Shown piece by piece: positions 23,796-44,216 of a DNA stretch of 64,000 bases. The notes beneath the pieces are model-generated. The model was not told the DNA's origin. It worked only from the letters and a program-made list of their open reading frames with translations, and ran no database searches. Position 1 is the stretch's first letter; each line of letters starts with the position of its first letter. The translations under genes were made by a program, and so were the position numbers. Origin of the DNA: the human T2T-CHM13v2.0 reference genome, Homo sapiens; the NCBI RefSeq assembly GCF_009914755.1, contig NC_060946.1, one strand, 5' to 3'.

Positions 23796-24647
23796 AAGTT
23801 ATATAATACAGAAGTATGTATGGCGAAGAGAGCTGTCCAGGTGACTCCACTGGGATCAAAAAGGAGGGGAGCCAGCAAAGACGACATGCAAACGGAACAG
23901 GGAAACGGGTGAGACCAGAGTAACGCGGTAACACAGACGGCAAAACGACACAGGCACGACGGCCCTGAATGCTTTGGGGAGCTCACCAGGAAAAATCCAA
24001 GAAAAGGCCGCTGGCCCCAGAGCGGCAAACCTTCCAGTGTGCTCTTTCAACAGGTGATGTGGGCGGGGGGGCGGATTGGGAGGGGTGGGGTGGAAATAGA
24101 GGAGGAAAAGTGAAGGAAGCATGTTTCTTTCAAGGTGCCTCTGAAGAGTCAATTCTGAGCCAGATCTTAGAATCCATGAGTTAAAGAAATGAGGAATTGC
24201 AAAAAATGTGTGAAAAGATTGAAGGCAGTGGCTCAGTCAATGAAAGAAGAGGTCAAAAAGAAGAGCGGCCAGACTTACAGGAAAACTGCCAACCCAGATA
24301 ATAAGGAGAGGAAAAAATCAGATGCTCAGGGAGCAGAAGTCAACAGGAGGCCACAATGGAACAGAGATGAAGAAAGTACTGGAAGAAGGGAGTTAACTGG
24401 TTCCTGCGTAAAAAATAAGCAGAAAAGTTCTTAACACTTAACATAGTTCTACACACACAGTCATGCTCTTTCTCAGCAAGGAACTAAGCAGAGGAAAAAA
24501 CTCACAAGACAAAAAAAAACATCCAGGTAGCTCTATAAGTAACGAAAGGGGATAAGAAACAGTTTATACAACCTAGCCTGCGTAAACAGGCACTGTAGGG
24601 AATAGAGACATGGTGTCACCAGGAGGGTGATGGAGATGGCGGCTCAC

Positions 24648-24777
24648 CCTGGAATCCCACTCATTGAGTGTCTTGATGTTGATGAAGGACACTTCCCCGT
24701 TGGCTCCAGTCATGACGCCATCGTGCTCACAACGGACAATAAGGTCAATATCATCTCCAAGCTTCCACCTGCGGTAA
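24648..24777 (-). CDS. EIF3D: EIF3D exon 12
   Basis: YRRWKLGDDIDLIVRCEHD...LNEWDSR; 130 nt. Confidence 0.95.
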
Positions 24778-24874
24778 CTGCAGCAAAAAAGAAACTCATG
24801 TGGTCACTGGGGATTCTATAGAGTGGGGCCCGTGCTCCAGTCTGGCCACAATACCCACCAGAGAGGTGACCTAC

Positions 24875-24960
24875 CGGTACGCAACAGAGGCGATTTCATT
24901 CTTATCCATGTCGTCCTCCACAAACGGGTTTGGGTTGGGGAAGTTGTATCTTTCCTTCCC
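24875..24960 (-). CDS. EIF3D: EIF3D exon 11
   Basis: GKERYNFPNPNPFVEDDMDKNEIASVAY; 86 nt. Confidence 0.95.
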
Positions 24961-25470
24961 CTGCAAAAACAAAGGTGTCACAAGACAGAGCTAACTTTGT
25001 TGACAAGGCCAAGGCCAATCAGTCAGACCCAGCACCTCTGCTTAGTTGCAGCCCTGGCCAGGTTCCTGGGGCCCTTGATGGGGCTCTGAGCTCGCTGCCT
25101 GTTTTGTGCCTACTTGACCCCTCCCAACTGTTAGCACCTGATGAATTAGAACAATGACTTAGTAACCATGCTCATCTCTACTTCATTTTTTTGCCATGGC
25201 ATATATTCACCATTTGATGTAAATCAATTTATTATTTATTGTTCACTGTGTTTCCTCCTCCACTATCATTAAATTCTGTAAGGGCAGGAACTTTGTTCAA
25301 AGTCAGAGAGCCTAACATCCAAGCCCAGGCATGTAACTCCCCTGCTAAAGGTGGGGACTGCGTCTGACCTGCTCAGTCCCACAACCAAGAGCCTAGCACA
25401 AAGCAGATGCTCCACAAACAGCAGCTGATTAAATAAGAATGAATCAATGCCCAGAGACTCGTTTCCTCAC

Positions 25471-25601
25471 CATTCTCAAGCACTGCTGGGAGAAATTGTG
25501 GTTGATGTAGGTTGCCTCCATGGCCAGGTTGCGGGGTGAATTGAAGGAATTACCTTCATCTTGAGGGGGCTCATTGGCAGTCTCACTCACTGTCAGGAGG
25601 T
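25471..25601 (-). CDS. EIF3D: EIF3D exon 10
   Basis: [16 protein letters not shown]...NFSQQCLRM; 131 nt. Confidence 0.95.
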
Positions 25602-25872
25602 CTGCAAAAGCGTGGCATGGTCACTCACCATGCAACAAAGAGTCACTGACAATGTGCGCAGCGCTGTGGGGAGATGTGGAGAGGCAAACAACACAAGTCC
25701 TTCCTTCAAAGAACTGCCCTCTCCTAAAGTGGGTCTCCCTGGTGTGGAACACATAAGCGGGGGAGTGGGGCAGCTGCTCCAGGATAACTCAAGATACTGT
25801 CCAACATTCAATTCAATCACACAGTAACGAAGCTGTCCCTTTTCAGTCGTTTTGGATTCCTCAAGAGAATGA

Positions 25873-26744
<872 letters not shown>

Positions 26745-26932
26745 TCAAGCAGGTACTGCAGTGACAGTCTCTTCTCCTAACCTCTAAAGAGTGTGGGAGA
26801 TTCAGACACTGCTGCTGTCAATTCCCTTGGGAAGACAGACCACTTTCTATCCATTCTCTAGTACCAGAGACTTGTTCTGTACCAACAAAAATACTCAATG
26901 CCTTTGAGTTGCTCCCCAGGCACGCTTCTTAC

Positions 26933-27080
26933 CAAAGTCAGAGTTGTCTCTCTTGTCAAAGAAGAGTTTGGACCCAACTCTCTGGACGACAATATCCCAG
27001 GAATACACTGAGCGGGTACAGCTCATCAGCGTGGCCAGGATGGCATCAGTGGCAAACACATTCCCCTGAGTTTTTGCCAG
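26933..27080 (-). CDS. EIF3D: EIF3D exon 9
   Basis: [15 protein letters not shown]...FDKRDNSDF; 148 nt. Confidence 0.96.
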
Positions 27081-27574
27081 CTGCAAAGAGGATCAAAGAG
27101 AGAAGATGGAAAGACACTCCCAGGTCTCACTGCCCACTCACATGGATGGGAAAGAACTCCTTTGCTGACCACATAAATCCTTAATAAGGAGGCCCCACCT
27201 CATTGACCAAAAACACTGCAGCCAGTGAGCCAGCAAGTTTCGGGTGGCAGTGGCACTGCAGCACCCTAAGCACCTGCTAGATTCCAGCCAAGTGCTTCAG
27301 ATGCTTTCACCTTTGCCCCAGTGGTAGTGCTATGTACATCTACCCCTTGTTGCAGATGAGAGAACTAAGGCTCCAGAGACTAAGCCAGGAAGCGCGGCAG
27401 AACTGGGCTTCAAGTCCAGCTGTGCTTAACATCCACATTTCCGGTCTACCTGGCAAAGTGCTTTTACCTATAATACATACGTTATTCCCATGTCTTCTGT
27501 TCTTTCTGCAGCTTCAGCTGTAGAAGCCGACAGCATTCCTAACAAGGGGGAGAGGGGCAGAAGGAGGCGCACAC

Positions 27575-27707
27575 CTTGCGGATGACAGGGTCGTCTGTGG
27601 TGGTGACAGTGTGGAAGATGCGCTTGATGCTCCGCAGTGGCTTCTCACTCCTCGTGGTGATGCGGTCAAAGGCTTTGTCGTAGTATTCTAGGGCCCCACA
27701 ACACTCA
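27575..27707 (-). CDS. EIF3D: EIF3D exon 8
   Basis: [15 protein letters not shown]...TDDPVIRK; 133 nt. Confidence 0.96.
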
Positions 27708-28330
27708 CTGTGGGAAGAGCAGGCAAAGACATGCAAAGTAAGAGAGATAACCCCCAGTTTTTTCTTTTAAGCCATACATCCAGAAGTCTTATCCAAAAGT
27801 CTAAAAGAGGTGGAAAGCAATCTCTGGCCAGAGCAGGAGAGACGAATCCTCAGTGCTTGCTCAGTTCCTGTCCACTTAACACCTGGCATAGAACACAGCA
27901 AGCACAACTCATCTAGCCCAACGCCCCCATTTTAAAGGTAGGGTGACCGAGGCTAAGACAGGAGATGACTAGTTATAGAAGCACCTGGGTAGGCTGACTT
28001 CTCGTCTGGTGCTCTGGTTTCCCACTACCTAAATTCCACCTACTTGTCCTTTGAGGTAAGAAGCTATTTGAAATGTCAGGAGAAGCAAAGATTCCTCCTG
28101 AAGAATTGCTGTGTTTCTTTTCCTGACAAGAGTTTTATAACTTAATCTTATTGCTCTTTTGCTCAGGATGCCAGGAAACAGAAATATACAGTTTAATAAT
28201 CAGCAAATTCCATTCTGCTTTCTCTTTCTGCCAAAAGAGTTGTATAACTCATTTCTTCTTTCCTCAGGATACCAGGAAGTTAAAAAGAAGTTTGCAGTCA
28301 GTGAACTTCTGCTTTTCCCCTTGGTCTTGA

Positions 28331-31330
<3,000 letters not shown>

Positions 31331-31378
31331 ATAAACAGAACCAAATTCCAAGGCAGAATTCTGGTATAAATACATTAC

Positions 31379-31451
31379 CTGTGATTTCTGATCCCATTTC
31401 TGCCTAACCCCAAATTGTTTCTGGAACTTTTTCTGCAGTCGAATGCGTTCT
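31379..31451 (-). CDS. EIF3D: EIF3D exon 6
   Basis: ERIRLQKKFQKQFGVRQKWDQKSQ; 73 nt. Confidence 0.95.
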
Positions 31452-32064
31452 CTGGAAAGACAGACATATGATCTCAGTGCAGACCTTTAAACCAGTGGCT
31501 TCTTCAAAAGGCACACGCTGCCATTCTCTTCAGCTAAACCTTACCATCACCACTAACTCCTTTAAACTACGAAAAATGGGCTTAGAGAAAGGAAGAGACC
31601 CAGACGGTGCATACTGGAGGTGTTAGAAAAGGTACACTGCCTCCAAATACTGACCAGATGATTTTACTTCATCTATAGTGACTGTTCACTGATAGTTCCA
31701 ATCTGGGGTGTAGTGGCCGCTGGACCACACAACACCAGGAGGCTCAAAGGACCAGCATACAGGGGGCTTCCTAGAGTTGACCCACAGCAGAACTGAGCCC
31801 AGGTAAGCTCCAGAGCCTCTTCTTGCCTGCCTGTGTTTCCCTTTAGTGCGCATGACCAGCACAAGGAGTTAGTTTCCTGCCCATGCTATCTGCCATGAAC
31901 CAGCCTGAGAACGACAAGCTAAAAGGGGGCTTAACTGGTTGTAGAAAGTATTTTCCTTTTTTGCAGTGGTGGGGAATACAACCATCCTCCTGCTTTGGTC
32001 CTGTGGTTTCCAAATACGGCCAGTCTGGGAAGGGTGTCTTGTTCCAGCAGGATGAAAATCTCAC

Positions 32065-32150
32065 CTCTCTTTCTGTTTGGCACTCTTAGGCAGGATCTGC
32101 AGGTTGAACTGCAACATGTTCCGACGATCTTTGTCTCTGCGGAGGTTCCT
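32065..32150 (-). CDS. EIF3D: EIF3D exon 5
   Basis: RNLRRDKDRRNMLQFNLQILPKSAKQKE; 86 nt. Confidence 0.95.
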
Positions 32151-32765
32151 CTGGGCATCAGCAAGAAACATCCATGTTAAAATCTTGGAGATTTGGCTCA
32201 CAATAGGCAGAACAAGTGGGAGGTCTTTGGAGTAAATTTAGGATGCCAAATCCCAAGTTTCACATCTTACTCTGTGCTTTCACTCTACGGCATCAACAGC
32301 TTGGGGGTGTTAGGGGGTAAGTGCTTGGACTTTGCTTAGACCTATACTCCCATGATATATTTTTCATTGAAGTATGTTTACTGGGTCTCATTAGATTTTC
32401 TGAGTTTGCCTCTTTAAATAATAATAGGCAATCTGACTGGACCATCTACTTAATAAAGTCTGCACACAGCAATTAAGTGTGGTAACAGGCACAGGTGCAC
32501 CTTCTTATCCAGCACAAATGTTTTTAGCATACAAGTCTGATGTCCTAGCTACTGGCAAACAGAAATATAAACTATTTAAATGCATCCCTGATCCTAGTGC
32601 AAGTTCACCTTGGTACCACTTGTTATGGAACGGTGACCCGAGATTCACGAAAAGACCTATAATATGCTTCCCTCTCTCATTAGGAGTCACAAGGTAGCAT
32701 TTTTTAGCAGGTGATGGCCAACAGTAACAGCCCCAAGATGGTGTGGTTGCTGGCTCTTGGCCTAC

Positions 32766-32902
32766 CTGGGCAAATCTCATTCGATTCCGCTGGTAGGCCG
32801 TCTTCTGTGTGCGCGCTGTATCCACCAGCTGGAAGCTACTTTCATCCTCCTCATGGAAATAAGCATATTGACTTCCACCACCAAACTGAGAGGAGTACTT
32901 AT
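32766..32902 (-). CDS. EIF3D: EIF3D exon 4
   Basis: [14 protein letters not shown]...NRMRFAQ; 137 nt, canonical sites. Confidence 0.96.
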
Positions 32903-32974
32903 CTGGAGGCAAAGGTGATGGCATGTAGTAACTGCACCCACAGACTTTACCAGATATGCACCAGTCTAAAGCCT

Positions 32975-33131
32975 TGCTATTTCAAGTGTGGTCTTGAGAC
33001 CTGTAGCATTGGCTGAAAGCTTGTTAGACACACAGACTCACAGTCCCACCCCATACCCACTGAATCAGAACCAGCATTTTAACAAGATCCCCGGATGATT
33101 CATATGCACATTCAATTTTGAACAACTCTGG
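32975..33131. mobile_element. MER5A-like DNA transposon fossil
   Basis: tcaagtgtggtc...actgaatcagaa...ttttaacaagatcccc...gattcatatgcaca. Confidence 0.7.
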
Positions 33132-33832
33132 CCTAAAGAACTTTCTAAGCCAAGAATCTGAAGGACTCAAACTAACCCATTTCACTCTCTGCGTTATTGT
33201 GTGAGAATCTGAGGTATTTATTGCTAACCACCATCTCCATTATCAGGGGCCCATGGCAGGTATGTCTAATAGATCACGATATACTTTCTTGCCAATCTCA
33301 GCCTCAGCTATCCTAACTTAGTTCTCCAGGCAGCCACCTCCAACTATCTGAAGTGGCAGAGAGAAAAAGCCTTTTTATGGTACCAGGATCTTAAAACCAG
33401 GGGTTTTACTTTTTTTTTTTTTTTTTTTTTGGAGACAGGATCTGGCTCTGTCACCAGGCTGGAGTACAATAGCATGATCTCTGCTCACTGCAACCTCTAA
33501 CTTCTGGGTTCAAGTGATTGTCCTGCCTCAGCCACCCGAGTAGCTGGGATTACAGGTGCACGCCACCACGCCCAGCTAATGTTTTCAACAGGTTTTTAAA
33601 AGGGCCCAAAACCCCATTTTAATAGGCTAGACCTCTTTAATGAATGGTCTAAGTTTTGAGGGCTATTTCCAAAAATGTGGTTATTGTTAAAGCCCAGAAT
33701 ACATCCCTAAAAGTTATGAATTATTGTTGGCAGTTTCTTCCCATTCTAAAAAGCTTTCAGAAGAAGGTCATTAGAATAAAGAACAACTTTCCCAAGGCCC
33801 TGATTGGGGCATTCAGTTGCAGAAACACTTAC

Positions 33833-33878
33833 TTGTGTACCTCTTATCTTGGTATGTGGCTCCTGTCCAGTCTGCAAC
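33833..33878 (-). CDS. EIF3D: EIF3D exon 3
   Basis: VADWTGATYQDKRYT; cgtag| and |gtaagt; 46 nt. Confidence 0.95.
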
Positions 33879-34167
33879 CTACGAAGAACAAGAAAAGACA
33901 GAGAATGCACAGGTCAACCAGGCAAGTTTCTGCAGAACCAGAAATCCCTGAGCGCGAGAGGACAGCGTGGAAGAGTCTCAGAATTTGTTCACAACACCTC
34001 TGTAAGTGCCCAGCTCTTCTATGACTACACCCAGAGATAACCTTTCTCAGCTGGCATCCCTATAAGAAATTCAGGAGTTAAGATTTTGAGACAATAAAAT
34101 CTAAACAGGGACTCGAGAGTAGCAGCCACAGCTGCAAAGATTCAGACTCCTGCTGACAGGCATGTAC

Positions 34168-34290
34168 CTTTCCTAGCCGATCTCCTTTGCTGAACGGCTG
34201 GTAGGGCATATCCCGAAACTGCTCGGGAACCGCACAGGGACCCCAGCCTGAGGGGTTGTCCTGGATCACGGGTGTCATGAACTTTGCCAT
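34168..34290 (-). CDS. EIF3D: EIF3D exon 2, coding part (exon begins at 34300)
   Basis: [18 protein letters not shown]...GDRLGK; tttcag|ATTTTGGAAG ATG; donor |gtacat. Confidence 0.97.
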
Positions 34291-36999
34291 CTTCCAAAAT
34301 CTGAAAAATATAAATCATGTGAGTAGCGGCATGAACGAAGGCCTCAGAGTACAAAACACCCTCCATATGAAGTAAGCAAAGACATAAATGATAGAACTCA
34401 AAAAGCAACACGCAAAATGGAACCCTCAACTGTTGAGCGACTACTACTGTTTTTGTTAATTATACTGTGAATATGTACTTAAAACTGAGAAGAATGCAAA
34501 CAAAACTGATTTTTCATATTTCATTAATTCCACGACACTCTCTTTTTACTGTAACATCTTTAAAATGAGGCTGCACCTTGTGTTTGACAGGGTGTTGTAT
34601 TGATTGGTAGTTTTTCTTTTTCTGTGTTACATAAGTGTTTAAAAAAATTTAATGGTGTCAGATTTGATAAAATGTCCTAATGTTTTTTCAAATATAGTAA
34701 CCTTGTTTTGGTTCTGAGATATACCTTCACCAATTCATACAAACTCAACTTCCCTAAGACTTAGTAGTCTTTTCTTTCTTTCTTTTTTTTTTTTGAGACA
34801 GAGTCTCACTTTGTCACCCATGCTGGGGTGCAGTGGCGTGCAACTTCCGCCTTCCGAGTTCAAGCGATTCTCCTGCCTCAGCCTCCTGAGTAGCTGGGAT
34901 TACAGGCAAGCGCCGCCTGGCTATTTTCTGTGTTTTTAGTGGAGACAGGGTTTCACCATGTTGTCCAGGCTAGTCTTGAACTCCTGACCTCAAATGATCC
35001 TCCCGCCTCGACCTCCCAAAGTGCTGGGATTACAGGCGTGAGCCACCACGTCCAGCCACCTTAGTCTTTTCCATCTGCAAAATAAACAAGATCCTTGTTC
35101 TAAGCACTTTGTATAATGCCACACAAGTATTCAGACTTGCAAAAGTGCATTTATGTATATAGAGTGCTGAGAAAAAAAGATCTTTAAGTATATCCTGAAA
35201 TTCAATTTTCCTTTCTCATTGTTTCAATTTTCTGCCATCAACGCAAATCCTGTGTGCAGTGCAAGTGGACATAAAGCCAGGCAGAAGAACTGCCAGAGGG
35301 CCAAGGAGGTCCCCACAGACCTCAGGCCCAAAGTTGCCATGTTAAATGTTCACGAATACTGCCAGGCACTGTTCTTACTGTTTACCACTCATTCATTCAT
35401 ACAGTCCTGCCAACAATCCTGTGAGGTAGGAGCCAATGTTATCCGCACTCTCCAGATAAGAAAACCAAAGCACAGAGAAATGAAGAAATTGCCCAAAGTT
35501 GAAATGCTAGTGGATGAAAAACGTGAACCAAAGCAGTCTGACCCCAGAGTCTGCACTCTGCATAATGCTATAGCCCTCTTGGGAATTAAAAAACCGGCGC
35601 TGTATAGCAGATGGCTGCCCGACACTTCTATAAAAAAACCTATGCATTTATCTTCCGTTGTAACCTTCTGAAAATGCTTAGAAGGCGAGTTCCTAGAGGA
35701 AAATTCACTACACAAGTATTTCTTGGAGGCCGGGCGCGGTGGCTCACGCCTGTAATCCCAGCACTTTGAGAGGCCGAGGTGGGCGGATCACGAGGTCAGC
35801 AGTTCGAGACCAGCCTGGTCAACATGGTGAAACCCAGTCTCTACTAAAAATACAAAAATTAGCTGGGCGTGGTGGCGGGCACCTGTAATACCAGCTACTC
35901 AGGAGGCGGAGGTTGCAGTGAGCCAAGATCCTGCCATTACACTCCAGCCTGGGCAACAGAGCAAGACTCCGTCTCAAAAAAACAAAAATCAAATGTTTCT
36001 TGGAGGCTGGAGAGCAATCAAAAGAACAGGTATGCTGAACTTAGTAAACTCTCCTCAAAGCCCCATGCTGGGGAGATTGAGGCTTCCTTCAGAGATGACA
36101 TTTGGGTGACAGCAACACAGGATGAACCTAGAAGTTTCATCTTTCTAATAGAAACTATAGGAAGAGGACAGAAGAAAAAGGGTGGTGGTCTCAGAACAAT
36201 TTGTATTAAATAAATATTGCTGAGCTCCTACGTGTTAGGCCCTATACCAGATAATTTAACACCATTGACCACCCCCCCACCCCTACTTTAGAGGCAAAAA
36301 TTTGAAGCTCAGCCTACTCAAGCAGCTGACCTCATCATTTCAAAACAGATTTGATTTCCAGGGTTGCCTGCTGTCAGTCCAGCCTTCTTTCCATTATATT
36401 ACAGCTGGGCAGCAGCCCGCAAAGATCAGGGGTTTGAGACCGTACATCATAATACCAAGACAACGAGTCTCAAAACACACTTTAAAAAATCGGGTTCTGT
36501 CAGAAGCTCAAGAAGGGAAGAGGCCCGAGGCTCGACCTGCATCACCTCCCTGGAAAGCCAGGGATGAGATACCCTGGCTTTAATAAATGTTTTTTTTTTT
36601 AAGAGCAGAGCGGAACCAGGAGGAGAAACTGAGCCGCTCAGCAAAAACGAAGTAACAGCTGTACTAGTCACAGGGGCAGGATAGGGAGGTTCCAAGAGGG
36701 CACTCAGAAGGGGCTCTGTGGTTGGCAGGCCACTACAGATCATAAGCCGTCCATCGCTGAACAGGGGGTGGGGTAGATTTAAGATCAGAGATCAAATCTA
36801 CTTCTCTATCCTAGCCTCCAGTTTCACAAAAAAGGAAAGATAACCTATGCACTGTGAATTCCTAAGAACAGGGGCCAAACACCGCTCAGCCTGGTACCCC
36901 TAAGACCTCACTCAAAAAGTCAGGGAGTTTTCGGCCACTTCAGAAAGACTTTGTTGTTACCCCTCCGTCTTAACCCAGGTGAGTTAAGTGACAATCAAA

Positions 37000-37760
37000 T
37001 TCACCCAGCTCATGGGCACTGAGCAGGGCCGAGGGCCAAGGACCTCACCCACAAGGTCGTGTCCCGCGTTCAGTAGCGTGCGGGACGCGGGGCCCCCGAA
37101 AGTGGATTCCTGCCCCGCCCAGCGGAGGGACGGCAACAGCAGGAAGGGACTAAGAGAGGTCTCTTCCGGGAGGCCCCCCGAAGGCTGGACCTAGTCCGAA
37201 CCGGCTCCGGAGGGCCGCAGGAACCTATGAAACACGCCGCTCACCTGCAATGGCCTCGGCCGGCCGGGATGGCAACAGATGGTGCGTGCCGGGGACCGCG
37301 TTAGCAGCAGCACTCTTGAGAAACCAGGAAAAGAGGAAACATGCGCGCGCAGCGGGCGCCGCCGTAAACACGACCGGCGCTGTCGTAAACTGCTCTCCCG
37401 CTTCCTCTGGGTTGGGCGGAAGAACTCACGAGCCGTAAAGCGAAGGTCCACCCGGAAATCCGTTACTGCGTTTCGCCAGGCGTCCTCATTAGCCTCCGAG
37501 GCGCCGAGACGCGAGAGGTGTGATTGGCACTACGTCAGGCGGTATCCGGGGACGCCCAAAGAGGGCGTTCATCACTGAAACTTGGCGGCCGCGCAATCGA
37601 AGCTCGAGGCGGGGAGCGACTGGCGCCCTTCTGTGTCCCACAATGCTTCGCGGCGCGCCTCAGCCCCCATGTATCCCACCGTCACCCGCGACTCCCCGCC
37701 TGTTCTACCTGCCTGCTTAATGTGAAACTCAGCGCAGGGGAGGTCCGTCGGTGTCTTAGG
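37000..37760. promoter_or_regulatory. EIF3D: EIF3D CpG-island promoter: ETS CCGGAA (~37452), CCAAT (ATTGG 37523), CRE-like TGACGTA (37531-37537)
   Basis: CpG-rich, TATA-less; motifs seen directly. Confidence 0.85.
37245..37336 (-). other. EIF3D: EIF3D non-coding exon 1 starting in a pyrimidine tract
   Basis: Minus strand TTTCCTCTTTTCCTGG...CCATTGCAG|gtgagc is a strong donor; no upstream ATG in the leader. Confidence 0.85.
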
Positions 37761-37930
37761 CGGTCCTTATTGTTACTCCTCCGCCTTTATAGTTGTGGAA
37801 ACTGAGGCTCAGAAGTGCCAAGTGACCTGCCTAGATCAGACTGTTAGTTTAGGGTTCTAACCGCCAGAGTTCAAACCATACTTCCGCAGTTCTCAAACTT
37901 AATTGTAGGACAGGGATTTCTGGAACAGTG

Positions 37931-41437
<3,507 letters not shown>

Positions 41438-41527
41438 TAGTTGAATTGGTCTCATCATCTATGCCTCTGCTCGAGAGTTAACTCCTTATGCAGGTCTTTT
41501 CTGACCATCATTTCTAAAACAGGTGAT

Positions 41528-41883
41528 TGTATTAGTCCATTTTCATGCTGCTGATAAAGACATACTGGAGACTGGGAAATTTACAGAAGAAAGAGGTTTA
41601 ATGGACTTACAGTTCCACATGGCTGGGGAGGCCTCACAATCATGGCAGAAGGCAAGGAGGAGCAAGTCACATTTTACATGGATGGTAGCAGGCAAAGAGA
41701 GAGCGCTTGTGTAGGGGAACTCCCCCTTTTAAAATCGTCAGATCTTGTGAGACTTATTCACTATCATGAGAACAGCATGGAAAAGACCTGCCCCCATGAT
41801 TCGATTACCTCCCCCTGGGTCCCTCTCACAGCACATGGGAATTCAAGATGAGATTTTGGTGAGGACACAGCCAAAGCGTATCA
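41528..41883 (-). mobile_element. THE1-family solo LTR
   Basis: tgtattagtccattttcatgctgctgataaagacatac ... gaggacacagccaaagcgtatca; about 355 bp with TG...CA ends. Confidence 0.85.
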
Positions 41884-41928
41884 CTGGCATAGAGTAGGTG
41901 CTTAAGTAGGTACTCATTGACTGAGTTA

Positions 41929-42540
<612 letters not shown>

Positions 42541-42686
42541 TTAACTGGCATTAATGAGGACCACTCCTCGGCAGCAGACCTGTTGTATTTATGATCAATA
42601 ATGTGAGATTCTTGCTTTCAAAGGGCTTCCATTCCAACCAAAGGAATGATGACAGAAATGTTTTTTTTTCTTTTTTAAAATTTTTT

Positions 42687-42900
42687 AATTTTAATTATAT
42701 ATTTCATTTTACTCAATATATCCAAAATATTATCACCATACGATATAAAAGCCTTATTAATGGGAATGTTTTACATTCTTTTTTGTGCTAAGTTACCAAA
42801 ATCTGGTATATATTTCACATGCATGGCATAACTCAATTTGCACTAGCTATATTTCAAATGTTCAAAAGCCACATGTAGCTAATGACTATTATATTGGACA
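42687..42900. mobile_element. MER33-like fossil lacking one end, inside the HPS1 retrocopy
   Basis: caatatatccaaaatattatc...agccacatgtagctaatgactattatattggaca; breaks off at the poly(A). Confidence 0.7.
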
Positions 42901-43721
42901 GATCTAAATATAGAGTTTTCCTGAAACTTAAAGACGTTTCATGAGACTAGCACTTAGTAAGTGTGGACAAGAGAGGAATGAGATGAAGCTGGAGTGGGAC
43001 AGGCAGTGATAGATCACACAGGGCCTGGTAGGCTTGGGAAGGAGTTTGGATTTTATACTAATGGCATTAGGTCACCTCCTACAAGAAGTCTTTCCTAATG
43101 TCCCAAAAAGAGTTAACCACTCCATCTCTTGTGCCACCATGGCTTTTGATGAAAAACCCAATATGGCACCCCGGATTCTTTATTATATCTTTTAGTATAT
43201 ACATGGCTGATTTCTCCTCAAGGGCAGTGAATGTGTCTTTATTCATCTCTTTATTCCCAAGGCCTGGCACACCTCTTAGCATATAATAGGTACTATATAT
43301 TTATTGGAAGAGTGAATGAGTGGGGGTGCGAGAATGGATTCCTTCAGATCTATTTTCCAGCTCATTAATTCTCCCTCTAGCTATGTCTCATCTGCTATTT
43401 AACACATCCCTTGAGTTTTCATTTTAACAACTATGTTTTCATTTCTAAAATATCTGTATGGGTTCTTTTTCAAATTAGCCTGGTCAATTTAGAGTTTCTT
43501 CTACTTATCTCGTTTTGTGATTCTACATTTCATATCTTTAAATATTTCATAGTTATTTTATATTCCATACCGAATAGTTCCAATGTATCAAGTGCCTTGG
43601 GATCTAAATCTGCTGGTGATTGATTTTCCTGACTCTCACTCATGGTGGCTTATTTTCTTCTGTATCTGATTTTCTTCAGTTGTGAGTTCACATTTGTTCG
43701 ATCTTAACCTGTCCTGCTTTA

Positions 43722-44216
<495 letters not shown>

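Larger units (their letters stand above)
33410..35988. mobile_element. Alus (33410-33583 -, 34770-35057 -, 35728-35988 +) and a MIR (about 35350-35560)
   Basis: Consensus similarity; exons 2 and 3 lie among them. Confidence 0.8.
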
